A stretch of DNA of 64,000 nt from an uncultured Gemmatimonadaceae bacterium (lineage in GTDB: Bacteria; Gemmatimonadota; Gemmatimonadetes; Gemmatimonadales; Gemmatimonadaceae): contig CAVUDW010000003.1 in assembly GCA_963740355.1 (NCBI GenBank), positions 1,760,001-1,824,000 of the forward strand. Direction: 5' to 3'. Positions within the stretch are counted from its first letter, which is position 1. Every line of letters starts with the position of its first letter. Below, piece after piece: positions 57,900 through 64,000 of the stretch. The notes below the pieces were generated by a model that did not search any database, was not told the origin of the DNA, and saw only the letters and a program-made list of their open reading frames with translations. A program made the translations under genes and the position numbers.

Positions 57900-57959
57900 G
57901 GGATGGCGACGAGTAGTGTGTGCGATCGGACGGATGCTCCCGTCCCGTGCGATGCGGCC

Positions 57960-58514
57960 CTACCGTCCTCGCATGACTGGCAGCCAGCGGGCGAGCGCTT
58001 CCGGTCCGGGGTAGCCCGGCACGGTCTCGACGATGCGTCCACTGCTGTCCGTCCGCGCGAACACCGGCGTGCCAGGGATGCGAAAGGTGAGCAATACCTG
58101 ATCGCTCTCTCCATCAGGCCCAGCAATGAACGCGCCACGAACTCCGAGCGCCGCGAGCATCGTCTGGCCGGCAGCCACTCCTTCAAGAGTGACGACGCGC
58201 AGTCGGGGAACACCGTCACTTCCCTGCAGTGCGGCGATGTCCTTGAGGGCCTGCCGACAGAACGAGCAGGTCCTGGAATTGACCATCAGGATCGCCGGCA
58301 CCCCTTTGGGCGCGAGTGGCACCCGGGCGTTCGCTGCATCGCGGACAATGAGGTCCGTGACGGCGGAGCGCGCCTGCCCGACGGCGGGATCATCCGACTC
58401 CGCCGGCAGTTCCTTGCGATCGATGGCGAGGCGCCCCACCAGCGTCAGTGCCAAAGCGCCGGCCACCACCCACGCGGCCATTTCCCTGCGACCCATCGAC
58501 GCGGCATCGGCCAT
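57960..58514 (-). CDS. Membrane-anchored thioredoxin-fold protein
   Basis: N-terminal TM; CSFC and cis-Pro loop PGTPVF. Confidence 0.75.
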   Translation of the reverse strand: MADAASMGRREMAAWVVAGALALTLVGRLAIDRKELPAESDDPAVGQARSAVTDLIVRDAANARVPLAPKGVPAILMVNSRTCSFCRQALKDIAALQGSDGVPRLRVVTLEGVAAGQTMLAALGVRGAFIAGPDGESDQVLLTFRIPGTPVFARTDSSGRIVETVPGYPGPEALARWLPVMRGR

Positions 58515-58517
58515 CGC

Positions 58518-59573
58518 CTACTCCCAGCTCTCCGCTTCGGCTGCCAGTTCGTCGAGCAGCTTCACGTAGGTGTCGTATCGCGTGGCCGAGATGTCATCCT
58601 TGGCCAGTGCCTCACGGATGGCGCAGCCCGGCTCGACGACATGGATGCAATCGGCAAAGCGGCACTCGCCGAGGTAGGGGCGAAATTCGGGGAAGTAGCC
58701 GTCGAGATTTTCGGCCGTCAGCCCCCACATCCCGATTTCCCGAAGGCCCGGCGTATCGACGACGTAGCCGCCGCTTGGCAGCGGATGCAGCAGTGCGCCG
58801 ACGGTGGTGTGCCGACCCTTGTTCACGCTCTGGCTGATTTCGCCGACGCGCAGATCGAGCCCGCTGAACATGGCGTTCATGAGGCTGCTCTTTCCGACAC
58901 CGCTCGGTCCGCTGAGCGCCGTGGTGCGGCCTTCGAGTGCCGCGCGCAGCGTATCGAGTCCACGGCCGGTGCTGGTGCTGGTGACATGCACCGGATACCC
59001 CGCCCGTTCGTAATCGGCGAACCGCAGTCGCACACTTTCCGGCGAGACGAGGTCGGACTTGTTGATCACGACCCGGGCGGCGATGTCGTTCGCTTCGGCG
59101 ATGATGAGGAAGCGATCGATCATGCGCGGATGCGGCTCGGGATTGGCGGCCGCGAAGCAGACGAGCACCTGGTCGACATTGGCGGCGACGATGCGCTGCC
59201 CGTAGCCGCCGCCTGGTGCGCGTCGGGCGAGCTGTGATCGGCGCGGGAGGATGTCCGCGATGGCCCACGGCGCGGCGGCATCCTCCTGTTCGATCTGCAC
59301 CTCGTCGCCGACGGCCAGCTTCAGCGTCGGCGTCTCATTTTCGGTGTTGCGATCATCACTCTTGTCGGCACGTGACTTCACGCTCGCACGCGCGCGGCCG
59401 CCGTCGCGATCCGAGCGAGCCTGCTTGCCCTTCGCGTCGTCGAAGCGCTTCAGCCGACCGCGCAACGACGCCTCGATGACCACGCCATCGTTGCGCTGCA
59501 CGCGCCAGACGCCACCAGTCCCGCTGAGTACACGGCCGAAGCTCGGCGCCATGGGCGCTTCCGGTTCAGTCAT
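58518..59573 (-). CDS. rsgA: Ribosome small subunit-dependent GTPase A
   Basis: NKSD, GPSGVGKSS, GRHTT, DTPG and Zn-finger CRFADCIH..EPGC. Confidence 0.96.
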   Translation of the reverse strand: MTEPEAPMAPSFGRVLSGTGGVWRVQRNDGVVIEASLRGRLKRFDDAKGKQARSDRDGGRARASVKSRADKSDDRNTENETPTLKLAVGDEVQIEQEDAAAPWAIADILPRRSQLARRAPGGGYGQRIVAANVDQVLVCFAAANPEPHPRMIDRFLIIAEANDIAARVVINKSDLVSPESVRLRFADYERAGYPVHVTSTSTGRGLDTLRAALEGRTTALSGPSGVGKSSLMNAMFSGLDLRVGEISQSVNKGRHTTVGALLHPLPSGGYVVDTPGLREIGMWGLTAENLDGYFPEFRPYLGECRFADCIHVVEPGCAIREALAKDDISATRYDTYVKLLDELAAEAESWE

Positions 59574-60000
59574 GCGTCACTTCAGTGTCGCCTGATTCAT
59601 CGCGCATCACGTCGAACCACCGGCGTGCAGCGGGCGGTGCCGTTTCCTCGATGCGCTGCTCGAGCAGTTCGCGCACCTGCTGCAAGGTGAAGGCGCCGAT
59701 CGCGGCGCGGGCGGCTTCGGCGGTCGCGGCACGCGACACGTAGTCCGTCTCGAGGTGCCCCTCGACGCCAGAGGCACCGATGCGGCGCCAGCGCGGGAAG
59801 AGGAGGTACGCCGCCCACAGTGTGCCGGCGTCATTCACCTGATCGACACAGAGCTCGACGGAATACGAGAATCCATCGCTCCCTTCGAACGCTGCCGGGC
59901 GACCGTGCACGAGGGCATATCCGCCGATCGTGTTGGCATCGCCGAGGCTGTGATCGGCAGGCAGGTGCTGCCCACTCACGCGCTCACCATCCGCTGGCAC
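59566..60000 (-). CDS. Hypothetical protein
   Basis: Fills the operon gap between proline dehydrogenase and rsgA; HGRPAAFEGSDG and GHLETDY motifs. Confidence 0.7.
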   Translation of the reverse strand: MPADGERVSGQHLPADHSLGDANTIGGYALVHGRPAAFEGSDGFSYSVELCVDQVNDAGTLWAAYLLFPRWRRIGASGVEGHLETDYVSRAATAEAARAAIGAFTLQQVRELLEQRIEETAPPAARRWFDVMRDESGDTEVTHD

Positions 60001-60014
60001 CGCTCACGACGACA

Positions 60015-60956
60015 TCACGCTTTGCTGCGCCCGCCGAGCCATTCCTTGACCACACTTCCGGTCATGAACGTGATGTTGGCGGGGCGTTCGGCGAGGCGTC
60101 GCATGAGATAGGGATACCACTGCGTACCAAAGGGGACGTAGCAGCGCATGCGATAGCCATCACGCACCAGCCCTTCCTGCAGGTCACGACGCACACCATA
60201 GAGCATCTGGAACTCGAAGCGATCGTTGGCGATCCCCTTCTCCTTCGCGAAACGGCGGGCCTCGGCGATGATCACCTCGTCGTGCGTGGCGAGGCCGGGG
60301 TAGTTGCCGTGCTCCATCAACTGGTGCATCACCGTGACGTAGTTCTTGTCGACGTCGGCCTTCTCCGGAAACGCCACCGCGGGCGGCTCCTTGTAGGCCC
60401 CCTTGCAGATGCGCACGCGGGCTCCGAGTTCGTTGGCGCGCTTTACATCGGCCTCGGTGCGGAAGAGGTAACTCTGCAGCACGATGCCGACGTGGGCCTT
60501 GAAGTCGGGATAGAAGTGTTTCTCGAAGAGGTCGAGCGTCTTCTGCGTGTAGTCGCTCGATTCCATGTCGAGCCGCACGAAGTTGTTGTAGCGCTTGGCC
60601 CGTTCGAGAATCTCGCGCGTGACCTTGATGCACAGGTCATCGGAGATGTCCATGCCCATCGCCGTCAGCTTGAGCGACACATTCGCGTTCAGCTTCTCGC
60701 GCTCGATGAGGTCGAGCAGCTGCAGGTATTCGGCCTGCGATGCGTAGGCTTCCTTCTCGTTGGTGGTGCTTTCACCGAGCAGGTCGAGCGTGGCGGCAAT
60801 GCCCTTGGCATTGAGGCTGCGCACGGCATCGATGGCCGACATGACCGACTCGCCGGCGACGAAGCGCGCCGCAAAGGACTTCGCCATGCCGTTGTGGCGC
60901 ACGAAGTTGAAAATGCCCTGTTGGTTGGACAGGTACAGGAGCGCGTTGCGCAGCAT
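60015..60956 (-). CDS. Monofunctional proline dehydrogenase
   Basis: RFVAGE, LDLLGE, SLKLT, RLDME, RICKGAY, ATHD, EFQMLYG and RRLAERP motifs. Confidence 0.95.
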   Translation of the reverse strand: MLRNALLYLSNQQGIFNFVRHNGMAKSFAARFVAGESVMSAIDAVRSLNAKGIAATLDLLGESTTNEKEAYASQAEYLQLLDLIEREKLNANVSLKLTAMGMDISDDLCIKVTREILERAKRYNNFVRLDMESSDYTQKTLDLFEKHFYPDFKAHVGIVLQSYLFRTEADVKRANELGARVRICKGAYKEPPAVAFPEKADVDKNYVTVMHQLMEHGNYPGLATHDEVIIAEARRFAKEKGIANDRFEFQMLYGVRRDLQEGLVRDGYRMRCYVPFGTQWYPYLMRRLAERPANITFMTGSVVKEWLGGRSKA

Positions 60957-61047
60957 CAGAACGCTGGGAGACGGGTGATCGCGTCACCGCTGCAGGGCGG
61001 TGACCAAGCCGGGAAATATAGCCGTGCGGCGGGCGAAATCCGTCCGC

Positions 61048-62805
61048 TCAGCGCGTGCCAAGCCGCGTGGTGACACGCATGACCGGGTGGTACTTGCCCA
61101 TCAACAGCCGGTCGTCGAACAGGTTCCAGGTGGTGGCACCGTCATTGGACTGCGGTTCCAATAGCTGAGCAGCCACCAGCAACTGCCGCTGCGTGGCGGG
61201 CACCCATTTCCAGTCGGCCGCCGGCAACATGCGAACCTTCACCCAGCGCCCGAGGACACGGACCTCACGGTGGCCCTGGAAGGCACGTCCCACCCGATCG
61301 ACCGAGTCGAGCTGGAATCGCTCGACGTCCACCGAACGACGGCCGGTGAGACGCTCGCGCACGTCCACGCCATGGCGCTTGAGCAGCGCCAGCAGGGTGG
61401 TGTCGCTTCCTTCCACCAGCCAGCCACCGGCGGGCACCATGGTCTGGCGCGTCGGCTCGAAGCGGTCGACTACCGGCATCCACTGGCCGCGAATCCGTCC
61501 CGTGCGCTTGATGCCGAGCGGCACACCGGGTTCGGCACCAAGGCTGTCGCGATCGACTTCGAGATCCTCGACCAGCACGCTGTCGCTGAAGGGGTTCGTC
61601 GTGAGCTGCGTCTCGAGCACGACACCACGCGTGGCAATCCCCGCCGTGAGTGACCGACGCGCCGCATTCACCCGCGCGAGAATGGTCGCATCGGCACCGA
61701 CCGTGCCCAGCATCTCACGGACGAAGGCGTAGGTGCTCTTCACGCGCACATCGAACGGATCGTGCGAATACGCCTCGCTGAGGATCGAGACTCCACCCGT
61801 GAGACCGAAATAGTTGGTGCCGAATCGTGGGCGCGAATCGTAGGTGAACCATCCTTCCTTCTTCGGATCCACCGACACTTCGCGCGCGAAGGAATTGCTG
61901 AAATTCCCGTACGGATACGTCTTCACCCCTTTCCGCCAGAGCCGTCGACGAATGCCAGCCAGCAATGTGTCGCTGGTGAACCGACCCAACGGTGCACCCG
62001 GATGCAGCGATGGTGACCAGGTGAGGTTGTAGCCGTGATAGCTGCCGTTGGTGGTGTGCAGGTCCACGAACACATCCACGCTCCCGTTGGTGAGCATCGG
62101 GAGCATGGCGCGCGTTTCGGGCGCCTCGGCCTTGATGTAATCGCGATTCAGGTCGAGCCCGTCGCCATTCGGCCGTTCGCCAATGATTTCGGGGCCAAGC
62201 TGCGCGCCGCGGTTTCGCGATTGCGGGCCGAGGGCCTCGTTCCCATCGGCGTTGTACATCGGCACCACGATCAACGTCAGGCTGTCGAGCAAGTTGGGCT
62301 TCGAGTCGGTGAGGACGGTGCGCAGTAGTGCCAACACCGCCTCCTTCCCCTCCACTTCACCGGCGTGGATGTTCGCCTGCAGCATCACGACCGGGCGACG
62401 ACGCGCGGTCGTCATGTAGTCGGCGCACGAATCCGCCGTGCGGCTGCTCCGCGAGCAGGCGGTAACCACCAGCAGCGGCCGTCCGCGCGGCGACGTCCCA
62501 AGCCGCGTCACGCGCATCACTCGATTGGGGGCCGTTCGGCTCCGCACGGTGTCGAGAAACGCCATCGCCTCTTCATACGGCGTGGTTTCGCAGAATCCCG
62601 TGCGCTCGGCGCGGGTGGCCGGCGATGGCATGGGCGACGGCATTGCAGGTGTGCATCGCCATGCGGGGGCACGTCGCGGCGCCGTGCGGACGGCTTCCGC
62701 GGCGATACGCGCGCGCTCCGCTGCATCGTCGGGCGCCGGTGTCCGATAGGGAGCACAGGCCGCCAGCACCACGGCGGAGGCGAGGACCACGCGCGTGGTG
62801 CTCAC
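61048..62805 (-). CDS. M14 family zinc carboxypeptidase lipoprotein
   Basis: Lipobox LAAC; IHAGEVEGKE, NADG, DLNRD and DLHTT motifs. Confidence 0.9.
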   Translation of the reverse strand: MSTTRVVLASAVVLAACAPYRTPAPDDAAERARIAAEAVRTAPRRAPAWRCTPAMPSPMPSPATRAERTGFCETTPYEEAMAFLDTVRSRTAPNRVMRVTRLGTSPRGRPLLVVTACSRSSRTADSCADYMTTARRRPVVMLQANIHAGEVEGKEAVLALLRTVLTDSKPNLLDSLTLIVVPMYNADGNEALGPQSRNRGAQLGPEIIGERPNGDGLDLNRDYIKAEAPETRAMLPMLTNGSVDVFVDLHTTNGSYHGYNLTWSPSLHPGAPLGRFTSDTLLAGIRRRLWRKGVKTYPYGNFSNSFAREVSVDPKKEGWFTYDSRPRFGTNYFGLTGGVSILSEAYSHDPFDVRVKSTYAFVREMLGTVGADATILARVNAARRSLTAGIATRGVVLETQLTTNPFSDSVLVEDLEVDRDSLGAEPGVPLGIKRTGRIRGQWMPVVDRFEPTRQTMVPAGGWLVEGSDTTLLALLKRHGVDVRERLTGRRSVDVERFQLDSVDRVGRAFQGHREVRVLGRWVKVRMLPAADWKWVPATQRQLLVAAQLLEPQSNDGATTWNLFDDRLLMGKYHPVMRVTTRLGTR

Positions 62806-64000
62806 AGGTTCTCGCGCAGGAAACGCGTCATCGCTTCGTAGAGGTGCACGGTGGTGTTTCCGCCGCTGATGGAGTGCGTGCGGTTCGGGTAGAACAGCTG
62901 CTGCAGGGGACGGTTGGCGCGGACCATCCGGTCGATCAGCTGTACGGAGTTCTGTGGATGCACGTTGTCGTCACCGGTGCCGTGGACGAGCAGGAACCGA
63001 GCCCGGATGCCGGCGACGGCGTTCTGCGGTGCGGTTTCCTGGTATGCGGGGCCGTTTTCCTGCGGCGTCCACATGAAGCGTTCAGTATAGATCGAATCGT
63101 ACAGGCGCCAATCGGTGACCGGGGCGACGGCGATCACCGCCTTGAAGAGGTCGCCTCCCTTGCCGGCCACCATCGCCGCCAGGTAGCCGCCGAAACTCCA
63201 TCCCCAGAACCCGATCCGCGACGCGTCGACCCATGACTGCTGGCCGAGCCACTTCGCGGCATCGATCTGGTCCTGCGTCTCTCGCAGGCCGAGGTGCAAC
63301 TGCGTCACCTTCCGGAAGTCGCGGCCGCGAAACGCGGCCCCGCGATTGTCCACCACCACCACGATGTAGCCCTGCTGCGCCAGCGACGCGTGCCAGAGAT
63401 ACCGCGCGCCGCCCCACTGATCGATGACCTGCGGCGCAGCCGGGCCGCCGTAGGCGTGCATCAGGACCGGATACTTTCTCGTGCTGTCGAAGCCCGGGGG
63501 CAACACCCGATATGCATCGAGGCGTGTGCCATCAGGCATGGGGACGGTGAAGAGCTGGGGCGGCTGGATGCCCTGCGCCGCAAGACGGCTCCGGAGTGCA
63601 CCGTTGTCAGTGAGTTCCTTGAGCTTCGTCATCCGCGGCAGCGCGTACAGCGAAACGACCGGCGGCACACCGAGACGCGAGTACGCATCGAAGACGAAGG
63701 TCGCGGTCGGGCTGATGAGCATCGCGTGTGATCCATCGCCAACGGTCAGGCGGTCGGCACGACGCCCATCGAGCGTCACGCGCATCAACTGCTGTTGCGT
63801 GGCCGTCGGAGCTGCGACCTGCACATACGCAGCCCCCGCCTTCTCGTCGATTGCCAACAGGTCGAGGACATCCATGCTGTCCTTCGTCACGCGCGTGACC
63901 AGGCGCCCATCACGACGATAGAGAAAGTACTGCTGCCAGCCGGTGCGATCGCTGCGCAGCAGGAATCGCTTGTGATCGGCGAGCCAGACGACTGGCTCAC
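62802..64000 (-). CDS. S9B dipeptidyl-peptidase IV (5' part outside the window)
   Basis: YGGP, VDNRG, GWSFGG, HGTGDDNVH and THSI catalytic motifs. Confidence 0.93.
   Translation of the reverse strand, partial: EPVVWLADHKRFLLRSDRTGWQQYFLYRRDGRLVTRVTKDSMDVLDLLAIDEKAGAAYVQVAAPTATQQQLMRVTLDGRRADRLTVGDGSHAMLISPTATFVFDAYSRLGVPPVVSLYALPRMTKLKELTDNGALRSRLAAQGIQPPQLFTVPMPDGTRLDAYRVLPPGFDSTRKYPVLMHAYGGPAAPQVIDQWGGARYLWHASLAQQGYIVVVVDNRGAAFRGRDFRKVTQLHLGLRETQDQIDAAKWLGQQSWVDASRIGFWGWSFGGYLAAMVAGKGGDLFKAVIAVAPVTDWRLYDSIYTERFMWTPQENGPAYQETAPQNAVAGIRARFLLVHGTGDDNVHPQNSVQLIDRMVRANRPLQQLFYPNRTHSISGGNTTVHLYEAMTRFLRENL

Overview
GC-rich bacterial chromosomal window. It most resembles Gemmatimonadota (inference from the tandem Hanks-type kinases and overall gene style). 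It holds about 70 CDS, mostly housekeeping or metabolic: pfkA, an RhlE-like helicase, lon, a class A PBP, nadE, a fused E1 2-oxoacid dehydrogenase, rpmE2, pdxH, rsgA, proline dehydrogenase and several peptidases. It also has a zinc/copper homeostasis cluster (MerC-like, L31B, Fur-family regulator, SCO, PCuAC, CopC/CopD), an Xre-RES toxin-antitoxin pair and an MsrPQ-like redoxin/cytochrome b/molybdoenzyme trio. No rRNA, tRNA, CRISPR array, integrase or transposase was seen. The most notable signal is a SAM-II-type riboswitch with a readable terminator/antiterminator platform. It sits ahead of a Cys-motif ATP-grasp ligase, an SfnG/SsuD-like flavin monooxygenase and possibly an MFS transporter, suggesting an uncharacterised methionine/organosulfur pathway. 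Other oddities: a frameshifted DUF3142 gene, two related gene-less inverted-repeat elements, a REP-like 25-bp tandem array, a barrel-less amidohydrolase mini-protein, and apparent pseudoenzymes (BioD without a P-loop, a histidine phosphatase with RDG). All calls come from reading motifs by eye; no searches were run.
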